Source: Paracoccaceae bacterium
GTDB taxonomy: Bacteria; Pseudomonadota; Alphaproteobacteria; Rhodobacterales; Rhodobacteraceae
Assembly (NCBI GenBank): GCA_046757205.1
Contig: JBHHXR010000001.1
Span: forward strand, 1 to 43,032
Length of the DNA stretch: 43,032 nt
Direction: 5' to 3'
Shown here: one piece after another, positions 1 to 9,185 of the stretch
Layout: the number at the start of each line of letters is the position of its first letter
Position numbering within the stretch: position 1 is the first letter of the stretch
The notes under the pieces: model-generated
The model's input: the letters and a program-made list of their open reading frames with translations, nothing else
The model's database searches: none
Told to the model about the DNA's origin: nothing
Program-made: the position numbers and the translations under genes

Positions 1-2
1 GC

Positions 3-413
3 GGGCGCCGGCGGCCGTTCGAGATATTGATCAACTCCAAGAACATGGAGCACTACGCCTGGACCGTGGCGCTGACGCGGATGATCTCGGCGGTGTTCCG
101 GCGCGGTGGCGACGTGTCCTTCGTGGTCGAGGAACTCAAGGCCGTGTTCGACCCGCGCGGCGGCGCCTGGGTGGACGGCAAGTATATTCCCTCGATCCTC
201 GCCGCCATCGGCGGGGTGATCGAGCGCCACATGATCGAGATCGGCTTTCTGGCCGGCGAGGGGCTGGGCCTGAAGACCGATCCGCAGGCGCAGGTGGTGT
301 CGGTCGGCGACCGGCCGAGGGCGCCGGCCTGCCCGCGCTGCGGGCAGTTCGCCATGCAGATGATCGAGGGCTGCATGACGTGCATGGAATGCGGGCATTC
401 GAAGTGCGGGTGA
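3..413 (+). CDS. nrdJ: C-terminal fragment of class II (adenosylcobalamin-dependent) ribonucleotide reductase; 5' end lies outside the window
   Basis: The frame is open from the window edge. The motif INSKNMEHYAWTVALTRMISAVFRRGGDVSFVVEELKAVFDPRGG and the terminal Cys cluster CPRCG..CMTCMECGHSKCG match the conserved NrdJ C-terminus as I recall it. Confidence 0.8.
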   Translation, partial: GRRRPFEILINSKNMEHYAWTVALTRMISAVFRRGGDVSFVVEELKAVFDPRGGAWVDGKYIPSILAAIGGVIERHMIEIGFLAGEGLGLKTDPQAQVVSVGDRPRAPACPRCGQFAMQMIEGCMTCMECGHSKCG

Positions 414-960
414 TCGTCGAGCGGGCCCTGCGGGAGACGAAGCACGGGCCATAACGAAGCCCGCCGCGTATTCCCGGATTCAGCCGCCCGCACAGCCGTC
501 CCGGGGCGGATGTCCCGGGCAAGCGCCCGCCCACGCGGCAGGGCGCACGCCCTGCGGTCGGTGCGGCACCGGACGCGGTTGGACGCGACGCGTCTGGACG
601 TGGGGATACCGGGCCGCGTGCCGAAGGGCGGGATTTCACGTCGGATTTGCGGCCGTCATTTCCCGTTGCGCGGCAGATCGGCTTCGCCTCGGCCGCTGTT
701 TCTTCGTTGCCCAACTGCAAACAGCCGCGCAAAAATCTGTTTTTGCTTGACTTTTGTGTCGCACCCCGTCGACTTCGTTCATAGAGTGCAGCGGACAAAC
801 CCGAAGCAATCGGGACCGAAGGACGAGCAGAGTTCATCTGATCCGGGCGGGCTGGCCCCGCGAAACGGCGATTCCGGCGGCGGTTGTGCCGTGATTTCGG
901 TTCCCCGGGCTCCGGCCGCGGGGCCGGGCAGGTGAGGCGCAAGAACTGGGGCAGGCGCGA

Positions 961-2562
961 ATGCGGGCAGAACTGGGGTTGGCGGCGGCGGCGCGAAGAT
1001 GCCTTCCGGTCATGCTGTCCGCGACACTTGCCGCCTGCGTCGTCGGTGAGGACTACCAGCCGCCGCAGATCGATCTGCCGGAGAAGTTCGCCAGCGGCGC
1101 CGGCGCGCCGGTGCCGGACCGGGCGCTGGCGCCGTGGTGGGAGAATTTCGGCGACAAGCGCCTGAACGCGCTGGTCAAACGCGGCCTGAGCGAAAACCTC
1201 GACGTGCGGCAGGCGATGGAGCGCGTCATCGCCGCGCAGGCGGTTGCCGATGCCGCCGGCGCGCCGGCCGATCTCGACGCGGCGCTGGGCGCGGCGGTAT
1301 CCGGCGGATCGGGTTCGGCCAGGGTGAGAAGCGCCACCGCCGGGCTGTCGGCATCGTGGCTGCTTGATTTCGTCGGCCGGTACCGGCGCAGCCGGGAATC
1401 GGCGAGCGCCCGTCTCGATGCCGCCTATGCCGATGTCGATGTAGCGCGCCTGGTGTACCTGTCCAATATCGTGTCGGCCTATATCGACGCGCGGTTTTTC
1501 CAGGAGCGGATCGCGCTGAAGAAAAAGGAACTGGAATCGCGGCGCTACACGCTGCAGTCGACCCGGACCCTGCTGTCGGCCGGAAGCGCGACGCGGCTCG
1601 ACGTTCTGCAGGTCGAGGGGCTGGTAAACTCGACGTTGTCGGATCTGCCGCCGCTGGAAACCGGCTTCTTCCGTTCGGCGCACCGTATCGCGACACTGCT
1701 GGGGCTGCCGGCGGCAACCTTGCGCGCCGAATTGTCGAAGGGCGCTCCGCAGCCGATTCCGCGGGCGCGCATCGCCAGCGGCGTGCCGGCCGATCTCCTC
1801 CGCATCCGCCCGGATATCCGCAGCGACGAGCGGCGCCTGGCGGCGGCGGTTGCCGAGGTCGGCATTGCGCAGGCGCAGATGTACCCCAGCGTTTCGCTGC
1901 TCGGTTCGGTCACCGCGACGGCGGTATCGCCGGGCGCTTCCGGAAGCACCTGGAGCTTCGGGCCCTCGATAGACATCCCGATACTCGACAACGGCAGGCG
2001 CCGGGCCAATGTCGCGGTCGCCGAGGCGACCGCGCGTGAGCGGTACCTGGCGTGGAGATCGACGGTGCTCGCCGCCGTCGAGGAGGTCGAGAACGCGCTG
2101 GCGGCGATCGGCCGCGACCGGCGCACGATTGCCGCCGCGAGAAATTCGGTCGAAGCCTACGAAAAGGCGCTGGAACTGGCGCTCACCAGTTTTGTCATCG
2201 GCGAGGCCACGTTCCTCGAAATCCTCGACGCCGAGCGGTCGCTGGCGACGGCACGGACGACGCTGGCCCGGAGCCGCCGACAGCTGGCGCTGGACTACGT
2301 GGCTCTGAATATCGCGTCCGGCGGCGGCTACAATGCCGCGACCGACGTGAAGCCGGCCAGGGCCGCCGTCGCGGCGGCGGCGCGCGAGGCGCCGGCGGAT
2401 CGCGGCGATCCGGTAGCCGTGCGCGTTGTCAAGCCGGGCGAGACGGTCTACCGCATTGCCCTGCAAAGCGGCGTCAGCGTGGATGCGCTGGCGAAATTCA
2501 ACGGGATTTCACCGCCCTACACGATCCGCGTCGGCCAGAGGCTGATGATACCGCCCCGTTAA
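961..2562 (+). CDS. NodT-family outer membrane efflux lipoprotein (OMF) with a C-terminal LysM domain
   Basis: Signal peptide with lipobox LAAC. The motif PPxxDLPxxF...WWxxFxDxxLNxLV is typical of NodT/OprM-type OMFs. The last ~50 aa (KPGETVYRIALQSGVSVDALAKFNGISPPYTIRVGQRLMIP) is a LysM motif. Confidence 0.85.
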   Translation: MRAELGLAAAARRCLPVMLSATLAACVVGEDYQPPQIDLPEKFASGAGAPVPDRALAPWWENFGDKRLNALVKRGLSENLDVRQAMERVIAAQAVADAAGAPADLDAALGAAVSGGSGSARVRSATAGLSASWLLDFVGRYRRSRESASARLDAAYADVDVARLVYLSNIVSAYIDARFFQERIALKKKELESRRYTLQSTRTLLSAGSATRLDVLQVEGLVNSTLSDLPPLETGFFRSAHRIATLLGLPAATLRAELSKGAPQPIPRARIASGVPADLLRIRPDIRSDERRLAAAVAEVGIAQAQMYPSVSLLGSVTATAVSPGASGSTWSFGPSIDIPILDNGRRRANVAVAEATARERYLAWRSTVLAAVEEVENALAAIGRDRRTIAAARNSVEAYEKALELALTSFVIGEATFLEILDAERSLATARTTLARSRRQLALDYVALNIASGGGYNAATDVKPARAAVAAAAREAPADRGDPVAVRVVKPGETVYRIALQSGVSVDALAKFNGISPPYTIRVGQRLMIPPR

Positions 2563-3188
2563 TCCGGTGTCTCCGAAATCCGCCGCATGATTCGGGTTCC
2601 AGCGGCGTTCACCCGGTTCGCCGCCCGGCGGCGCGGGCGGGTGAAACGGTAGATCGCGAGGAGCGAGACCGGCACCACGTAGATCAGGAAATCCCGCAGG
2701 TGGAACTCGACCAGCAGCCAGTGCGCAAGCGCCAGCGCGGTGGCGGCATATCCCCAGCGCTGCAGTTTCTTCCAGGTCGGCCCGAGGCGGCGGACCGAGT
2801 AGTCGTTCGAGGTTGCCGCCATGGCGGCAAGGATCACCACGCTCAGCCACCCGGGAAGCACCGCGCGGTCCGTGAAACTGGCGCCGATCGCCGCGAGGTC
2901 GGAGCCCGCCACGAAATACACCGTGTGCCATGCCGCAAAGGAAAATCCCGCAACGCCGATATACCGCCGGCGTGAAGCCAGCCAACGCGTCCAGCGGGCG
3001 CGTGGGAACATCATGCACAGCGGTGTTATGGACAGCGCGACGACCAGCAGCCGCGCGCTGTAGATGCCTGTCTTGAACAGCAGCACGCCGTTCGGCACGT
3101 GGACCAGCAGATCCAGACGCAGAACGTTGATTGCCGGCACCGCAAGTAATGCCCAGAAAATGTAACGATTGTTCACGGTCGACAACAT
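2559..3188 (-). CDS. Ferric-reductase-like transmembrane protein (MsrQ/YedZ-like heme-binding membrane subunit)
   Basis: About 209 aa polytopic membrane protein with conserved His in TM helices (AAWHTVYF, LAHWLL). Its size and topology fit MsrQ. ATG at 3188 is preferred over the TTG at 3194. Its stop overlaps the OMF stop (TTAA). Confidence 0.55.
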   Translation of the reverse strand: MLSTVNNRYIFWALLAVPAINVLRLDLLVHVPNGVLLFKTGIYSARLLVVALSITPLCMMFPRARWTRWLASRRRYIGVAGFSFAAWHTVYFVAGSDLAAIGASFTDRAVLPGWLSVVILAAMAATSNDYSVRRLGPTWKKLQRWGYAATALALAHWLLVEFHLRDFLIYVVPVSLLAIYRFTRPRRRAANRVNAAGTRIMRRISETPD

Positions 3189-3411
3189 CGGCAACGTTCC
3201 GGATATCCACGGTTATGTTCGGTATCCGGCGGTTCGTAAAGCTGGCGCCGCCGCCTGCATACCTATCGCCGGCCGCCGTGACGTTCGCGCCACGCGCGCC
3301 GGTTCCCGAAGACCGACGGCTTGAGGCAGGGTGCGGTTTGCGGCAGTCTCGCGGCCGTCATCAGTGCGGGCGGTATCGCCGGGCTGCATCCGAAACTGGA
3401 AGTTCACCACC

Positions 3412-4680
3412 ATGGCCGCTCTGAGAATCGCGATGCTGACGACATTTTATCCGCCCCACAGTTTCGGCGGCGACGCGGTCGGCGTTCAGCGCCTTGCCCG
3501 CGCGCTGGTCCGGCGCGGGCACGAGGTGACGGTGATCCACGACGCCGACAGCTACCGGACGCTCGGAGGACAGCCGTCGGAGGCGCTGTCCTCGGCCGAC
3601 GATCCGACGATCGTCCCGTTGAAAAGCCGCTGGCCGCTGATGTCCAATCTCCTGACCCAGCAGCTCGGCATGCCGGTGGTCCACGGCGGCCGGATTTCGC
3701 GGATAATCGAGAGCGGGAAGTTCGATATCATCTGGCACAACAACGCGTCGCTGGTCGGCGGGCCCGGCCTGCTGTCGCTGGGCCGGGGGCTGAAGGTCTA
3801 CGAGGCCCACGAACACTGGCTGGTCTGTCCCATGCATGTGCTGTGGCGCTACAACCGGGAGCTCTGCGACCGGCGCGACTGCCTGCGCTGCACCCTCAGC
3901 TTCCGGCGCCCGCCGCAGCTTTGGCGTTACACCGGGATGCTGGCGCGCCACGCGCGGGAAGTCGATTTGTTCATCGCCAAGAGCGAATTCAGCCGCGGCA
4001 AGCACAGGGAATTCGGGTTCGAACCGGACATGGAGGTGATCCCCTACTTCCTGCCCGACCTGCCCGCTTCCCGGGAAGTCGCGGCGCACGACCGCCCGTA
4101 TTTCCTGTTCGTCGGCCGGCTGGAAAAGATCAAGGGGCTCCAGGATGCCTTTCCGGCCTTCGAGCAGGATACCGGGGCCGATCTCCTGATCCTCGGCGAC
4201 GGCGAATATGCCGGCGAACTCAGGCGCCTTGCCGGTGGCAATCCGCGGATCCGGTTTCTCGGGCGCAAACCGGTGGACGAGCTGAACGCCTACTACCGCG
4301 GCGCCATCGGGTTGTTGGTCCCCTCCGTGTGCTACGAGACCTTCGGCATCATCCTGATCGAGAGTTTCAGGCTCGGCACGCCGGTGCTGGCCCGGCGGCT
4401 GGGGCCGTTTCCCGAGATCGTCGAGCGATCCGGCGGCGGCGTGCTGTTCGACGACGCCACCGAGCTGGAAGAGGGCATGCGCCGGATGCGCGGGGACGGG
4501 AAACTGCGCTCGCGGATGGCAAAATCCGCGCGCCGGGGGTTTGACGCCTTCTGGCGCGAGGACAGGGTTCTGGCGGCCTACGGCGCGGCGCTTGCCCGCG
4601 CGGCACGGAAATCGGGAAACACCGGGCTGGCCGGCCGGCTCGAGGCCGGCGTGTTCGAAGACGGCGGCAAGGAGGTTTGA
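3412..4680 (+). CDS. Glycosyltransferase family 4 (GT-B fold)
   Basis: N-terminus RIAMLTTFYPPHSFGGDAVGV and the C-terminal E-x7-E region (PSVCYETFGIILIESFRLGTPVLA) are typical of GT4. ATG at 3412 is preceded by GGAAG. The upstream part of the listed ORF is Arg/Ser-rich and non-protein-like. Confidence 0.85.
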   Translation: MAALRIAMLTTFYPPHSFGGDAVGVQRLARALVRRGHEVTVIHDADSYRTLGGQPSEALSSADDPTIVPLKSRWPLMSNLLTQQLGMPVVHGGRISRIIESGKFDIIWHNNASLVGGPGLLSLGRGLKVYEAHEHWLVCPMHVLWRYNRELCDRRDCLRCTLSFRRPPQLWRYTGMLARHAREVDLFIAKSEFSRGKHREFGFEPDMEVIPYFLPDLPASREVAAHDRPYFLFVGRLEKIKGLQDAFPAFEQDTGADLLILGDGEYAGELRRLAGGNPRIRFLGRKPVDELNAYYRGAIGLLVPSVCYETFGIILIESFRLGTPVLARRLGPFPEIVERSGGGVLFDDATELEEGMRRMRGDGKLRSRMAKSARRGFDAFWREDRVLAAYGAALARAARKSGNTGLAGRLEAGVFEDGGKEV

Positions 4681-6263
4681 TGGGCCGGTCGGCAGGCCAC
4701 GACAAACCCGATATCGTGATCGGTTCCGGGCCATCGGGCGTGGCCGTGGCTTCCGCGCTGCTGGCGCGCGGCCGACGCGTGACGATGCTCGATGCCGGCA
4801 GGCGCCTCGGCGAAGCGGCGAGCGAACGGCGCGACGAACTCGGGGCTCTTGAGCCGGCGGCCCACGCGCCGGAAATGATCGCCGCTTACAAGCGACCACA
4901 GCTCGGCGCGCCGGACGGCACCATCATGCGCTTCGGGTCGCGTTTCGCCATGGAAGAACCGGACGCCACCTTCGCCGATCCGCCGCCGTGGATCGGCGTC
5001 AGGTCGTCGCGGGCGCGGGGCGGCCTGAGCAATGTCTGGGGCTCCGCCGTGCTGCCCTACCGCCAGCAGGATATCGCCGACTGGCCACCGGAGGCGCGTG
5101 ACCTGGCGCCGCATTACGAGGCCGTGGCGGAGTTCATGCCGGTGGCGGGGCGGCGCGACGCCGTCCAGGAGCTGCTGCCGGATTTCGACATGTCGGGGCG
5201 GCGCCCGCTGACGGAGAGCCCGCAAGCCGGAAAGATACTCGCGAGGCTGGAGAAAAGCCGGCCTCGGCTGAACGCTCTCGGCGTTCACGCGGGAGCGGCG
5301 CGCCAGGCGGTCGGCGAAGGCTGCAGGCTGTGCGGACTGTGCCTGTACGGGTGCCCGTACCGGTTGATCTTCTGCGCTTCCGGGACGGTCGGATCCTTGA
5401 AGGCAAATCCCGCGTTCGACTACGTGCCGGGACACCGGGTGGTTTCGGTCCGCGAAGACGGCGAGAGCGCCGCCGCGGCGTGTCTGCTTGACGGCGGCGG
5501 CGGCAGGGAAGTGGTCGGCCGGCGCGTCTTCCTGGCCGCCGGCGTTCTTGAGACGACGCGGATCATGCTGGCGTCGTTCGGCAAGGCGGAGGAGGAACTC
5601 CTGCTGTCTGACAGCCATTACGCGCTGATGCCGATGCTCGGCGCCGGTTTGTCCCGTCCCCGGCCCGACCGGACGCGGCTGCACACGCTGACGCAGATTT
5701 TCGTGGAGATCCTCTCGCCGGAGATATCGCCCTATGTGATCCACTCGCAGCTTTACACCTACAACGATTTCTATGCGCGGGAGATGCGAGGCCGGTATGG
5801 GCGGCGGGTTCCCTTTTCGCGGCCGCTCTTCGAGTTTCTTGGCCGCCGCCTCGTGGTCGCGCAGACCTTTCTGCATTCCGCGCACTCGGGGCGGATCGGG
5901 CTTCGGCTGGCGACGGGCGACGGCGACAACCGGCTGGCTGCCCGGTTTGTCGAAAATCCCGATACCGTCGGGATCATGCGCCGGGCGCAGCGCCGTCTTG
6001 GCGCGGCGATGCGTTCGGCTGGACTGTTCGCGCTCCTGCCGGCGGTGTCGCACGGCCAGCCGGGATCGAGTTTCCATTGCGGGAGCACCATGCCGATGCG
6101 GCGATCGCCGTCGGGATGGCAAAGCGACCCGGTCGGCCGGCCGGCCGGCCGTGGGCGGGTTCACGTCGTGGACGCGTCCGTGCTGCCGACGATTCCGGCG
6201 ACCACGATCACCTTCGGCGTCATGGCGAACGCGCACCGAATCGGAATGGCGGCACCGGTCTGA
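4680..6263 (+). CDS. GMC-family FAD-dependent oxidoreductase
   Basis: N-terminal dinucleotide fold DIVIGSGPSGVAVASALLARG. C-terminal GMC signature (GSSFHCGSTMPM...VHVVDASVLPTIPATTITFGVMANAHRIG). ATG 4680 overlaps the GT4 stop (TGATG), and GGAGG lies at 4671-4675. Confidence 0.75.
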   Translation: MGRSAGHDKPDIVIGSGPSGVAVASALLARGRRVTMLDAGRRLGEAASERRDELGALEPAAHAPEMIAAYKRPQLGAPDGTIMRFGSRFAMEEPDATFADPPPWIGVRSSRARGGLSNVWGSAVLPYRQQDIADWPPEARDLAPHYEAVAEFMPVAGRRDAVQELLPDFDMSGRRPLTESPQAGKILARLEKSRPRLNALGVHAGAARQAVGEGCRLCGLCLYGCPYRLIFCASGTVGSLKANPAFDYVPGHRVVSVREDGESAAAACLLDGGGGREVVGRRVFLAAGVLETTRIMLASFGKAEEELLLSDSHYALMPMLGAGLSRPRPDRTRLHTLTQIFVEILSPEISPYVIHSQLYTYNDFYAREMRGRYGRRVPFSRPLFEFLGRRLVVAQTFLHSAHSGRIGLRLATGDGDNRLAARFVENPDTVGIMRRAQRRLGAAMRSAGLFALLPAVSHGQPGSSFHCGSTMPMRRSPSGWQSDPVGRPAGRGRVHVVDASVLPTIPATTITFGVMANAHRIGMAAPV

Positions 6264-6424
6264 AGGTGGCGATTCGCCATGCTTCGGGCGCCGATGCCGG
6301 GTCGGTTGAAGGCCGCGTTCTCCGATCAATCCGCCGTTTTGCCTTCAGGATTCCCCGTGGGAGAGGGATTCCGGTCACATTCTGCGCACATGTCAAAAAG
6401 AATTTCGCCGTATTTGAGTGAAAT

Positions 6425-8038
6425 ATGGTATCAAGCCGGTTGTCGGGGAATCGTGCACTGGATCCGAGTGTATGCGTTTGTGTTGGTTTATCGGGGGATG
6501 TGATAGTGGATCCGTTTACTTCAATCACCGCTGGGGGCGGTGAGACTGCCAGAACTGTTGCGATCATCGGGGGCGGGCCTGCTGGCCTGACCGGTGCGTA
6601 TGAGTTGCAGAAACGCTGCGACGATCACGTGCCCATCGTTTTCGAAGGCGGCGATCTGGTCGGCGGGATCGCCCGAACCGAAAGCCACAAGGGCTTCCGG
6701 TTCGATATCGGCGGCCACCGGTTCTTCACCAAGATACCGGAAGTCGAGCAGGTGTGGCATGAGATCATCGGCGACGATTTCATCACCGTTCCGCGGCTCA
6801 GCCGCATCTATTACCGCGGAAAGTTCTTCAACTATCCGCTGAAGCTGTTCAACGCGTTGTCGAATCTCGGCGCCTACGAATCCTTCCGGATCGCCGCCAG
6901 CTTCGGCAAATGGCTGCTGTTTCCTCACAAGAAGGAAGAGACCTTCGACCAGTGGGTGATGAACCGGTTCGGCGGACGGCTCTACATGCATTTCTTCCGC
7001 TCCTATACGGAAAAGGTCTGGGGAGTTCCGTGTAACGAGATCAGCGCAGACTGGGCGGCGCAACGGATCAAGAACCTGTCGCTGGTGAAAGCGGTGTGGA
7101 ACGCGATCAGCGGCGCCAACGACACCTCGAGCCTGATCGAGGAGTTCCAGTATCCGCGCCTCGGGCCGGGCATGATGTGGGAAGCCATGCGCGACCGTAT
7201 CCGCGAGGATGGCGGCGAAGTACGCATGCAGAGCCGCGTGGGGCGGATTTTCCGCAACGGCAAGCGCGTCACCGGCATCGAAGTGACGGAGCGCAACCCG
7301 GAAACCGGCAAGGAACGGTCATATGTTCAGCACGCCGACGAGTTCATCAACTCGATGGCGCTGAGCCAATTGATCGAGAGTTTCGAACCGGCGCCGCCGG
7401 ATGAGGTCGTCGAGGCTGCCCGCAAGCTCAAGTATCGCGATTTCATGATAGTGACCCTGCTGCTGAACCACGCCGATCCGTTCCCGGACAACTGGATCTA
7501 CGTGCACAGCAACGGCGTGAAGGTCGGGCGCATCCAGAATTTCCGGGCGTGGTCCAAGGACATGGTGCCGGAGGAAAACCGCGCCTCGATCGGCATGGAG
7601 TATTTCTGCAACGAAGATGAGCCGCTGTGGTCGATGTCTGACGAGGACCTGATCGAGTTGGCGGGGTCCGAGCTGGAGAAAATCGGTCTCGCCAAGGCGG
7701 AACATGTGATCGACGGTGCGATAATCAGGCAGCCCAAGGCGTACCCGGTATATGATTCCGAGTACATGGAGGTCTTGAAAGTCATCAAGGACTGGGTCGT
7801 TCAGCTCGAAAACTTCCAGACGGTCGGGCGCAACGGTCTGCACCGCTACAACAACCAGGACCACTCCATGCTGTCCGCGATGCTGGCGGCGCAGAACATC
7901 CTTGGTGCCAAGCACGATGTCTGGGAAGTCAACGTGGATCGCGCCTACCATGAGGAATTTCAGACCAAGCCCTACCGTCCGGCCGGCCGCAGGAGGTTAG
8001 CGCCGGACGTGCTGAAGCCGCAGCGTGTCAGCCGGTAG
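6425..8038 (+). CDS. NAD(P)/FAD-dependent oxidoreductase (amine-oxidase / UDP-galactopyranose-mutase-like Rossmann family)
   Basis: Contains VAIIGGGPAGLTGAYEL...GGIARTE..GFRFDIGGHRFFTK...RIYYRGKFFNYPLK. The start is uncertain: ATG 6425, or GTG 6500/6506 just upstream of the GGGPAG motif. Confidence 0.75.
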   Translation: MVSSRLSGNRALDPSVCVCVGLSGDVIVDPFTSITAGGGETARTVAIIGGGPAGLTGAYELQKRCDDHVPIVFEGGDLVGGIARTESHKGFRFDIGGHRFFTKIPEVEQVWHEIIGDDFITVPRLSRIYYRGKFFNYPLKLFNALSNLGAYESFRIAASFGKWLLFPHKKEETFDQWVMNRFGGRLYMHFFRSYTEKVWGVPCNEISADWAAQRIKNLSLVKAVWNAISGANDTSSLIEEFQYPRLGPGMMWEAMRDRIREDGGEVRMQSRVGRIFRNGKRVTGIEVTERNPETGKERSYVQHADEFINSMALSQLIESFEPAPPDEVVEAARKLKYRDFMIVTLLLNHADPFPDNWIYVHSNGVKVGRIQNFRAWSKDMVPEENRASIGMEYFCNEDEPLWSMSDEDLIELAGSELEKIGLAKAEHVIDGAIIRQPKAYPVYDSEYMEVLKVIKDWVVQLENFQTVGRNGLHRYNNQDHSMLSAMLAAQNILGAKHDVWEVNVDRAYHEEFQTKPYRPAGRRRLAPDVLKPQRVSR

Positions 8039-8040
8039 GA

Positions 8041-9048
8041 ATGGGCACCGCTTCTGTGCCGTTACATTTTTGGTCGAGATTCTGGACGCTTGTTCTTCTG
8101 TTTGGCCTCTTTGTCGTCAGTCTCGGACTGGCGGCAGCCGCGACCGGCTGGCAGGAAGCCATCGCGGCATTCGGCCGGATCGGGCGTCTGGAGTTGCTGG
8201 CGCTGCTTGGTCTGTCGGTCGTTAACTACGTCATTCGGGCGGTACGTTGGAGCATCCTGACCCGGACCGTCGGCGTGGGCGGCGGGATCGCTCAGGAATT
8301 CAGGCATTACTTCGGAGGGTTGGCGTTTATGGCGACGCCCGGCCGGCTCGGTGAGTTCGTGCGCCTCCGGTGGCTGTCGCGCGAGGCCGGTGTCCCGGTT
8401 CACCGCGTGCTTCCTGCGGCCATCGCCGAGCGCGCCTTCGACCTGGCCTCCGTCGGCTTGCTTCTTGTCCTGTCCCTGGCTCTGTCCGCGTTCGGACCGG
8501 GATACATCTGGCTGCTGGCGGTCGTCGCCTTGTCGCTTGCCTGGATAGCGTCCAACTCGAGATTGCTGCAGGCCATTGTGACCTTCGCCTGGCGCGCGGT
8601 CGGACGGCTGCCGAGGGTATTTGCCCGCGCGCGGCTGATGGCGAAGGGGATCGGTATCTTCACCCGCCCGGGCGCCGGCGTTCCGATACTGCTTATCGGC
8701 GGATTGGGCTGGTTCTGCGAGGGTTGGGCTTTCGCTCTTCTTCTCGACTGGATGGGGGCGCCGCTTCCATTGTGGGCGGCGGTGGCGATATTTCTGACGT
8801 CGATGACGTCGGGCGCGCTTGCCGGGATGCCCGGTGGCCTCGGAGGCGCCGAGGCGGCGATGGTCGCACTGCTGCTGTTCGCCGATGTTCCCGCCGAGAT
8901 TGCCTTGCCGGCAACCGCGCTTATCAGGGCGGTCACCATGTGGTTCGCCATTCTGGTCGGTCTCATCGTCTTTCCTTTCGCGGAGGCAAAGTCGAAAAGC
9001 CATGCAATATTGCCGGCCCGCGACAATCGGGTCAGAAAACAGAGTTAA
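8041..9048 (+). CDS. Flippase-like / lysylphosphatidylglycerol-synthase-TM-region (UPF0104) family membrane protein
   Basis: About 8 TM helices. N-terminal pattern (LLALLGLSVVNYVIRAVRWSIL) and a Gly-rich C-terminal helix (MPGGLGGAEAAMV) are typical of this family. It starts 3 nt after the preceding stop. Confidence 0.65.
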   Translation: MGTASVPLHFWSRFWTLVLLFGLFVVSLGLAAAATGWQEAIAAFGRIGRLELLALLGLSVVNYVIRAVRWSILTRTVGVGGGIAQEFRHYFGGLAFMATPGRLGEFVRLRWLSREAGVPVHRVLPAAIAERAFDLASVGLLLVLSLALSAFGPGYIWLLAVVALSLAWIASNSRLLQAIVTFAWRAVGRLPRVFARARLMAKGIGIFTRPGAGVPILLIGGLGWFCEGWAFALLLDWMGAPLPLWAAVAIFLTSMTSGALAGMPGGLGGAEAAMVALLLFADVPAEIALPATALIRAVTMWFAILVGLIVFPFAEAKSKSHAILPARDNRVRKQS

Positions 9049-9056
9049 GAGTGTTC

Positions 9057-9185
9057 ATGAGTAACGACGGCAAGAAATGCGATCCGTCTGAGTGCAAGAG
9101 CGGTGACAACGGGCCTGTGTCCGACATTGCCCGGCGCGGGCCACGGCATCGCCGTTTCGGGATGGATGAAGGGTTCTGGCGATGA
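9057..9185 (+). CDS. Candidate 42-aa small ORF (MSNDGKKCDPSECKSGDNGPVSDIARRGPRHRRFGMDEGFWR), hypothetical
   Basis: ATG-initiated. Its stop overlaps the start of the next gene as ATGA (9182-9185). GC3 is similar to neighbouring genes. There is no recognisable family. Confidence 0.2.
   Translation: MSNDGKKCDPSECKSGDNGPVSDIARRGPRHRRFGMDEGFWR

Noticed and set aside
800-835. GGGACCGAAGGACGAGCAGAG resembles the SRP (4.5S) RNA domain IV motif GGUCCGGAAGGAAGCAGC.
   Set aside because: The GGAA tetraloop context and the symmetric-loop residues are not preserved, and no complementary 5'/3' helix of an SRP RNA could be drawn around it.
136-2466. 776-aa minus-strand ORF. Similar very long shadow ORFs are 3361-4899 (-), 4578-6329 (-), 18004-19893 (-), 25818-28841 (+), 29062-30420 (+), 37392-39881 (+) and 41743-42972 (-).
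   Set aside because: All run antisense to genes with strong family signatures. They translate to Arg/Pro/Gly/Ala-rich low-complexity sequence. This is the stop-codon paucity typical of high-GC DNA, not genes.
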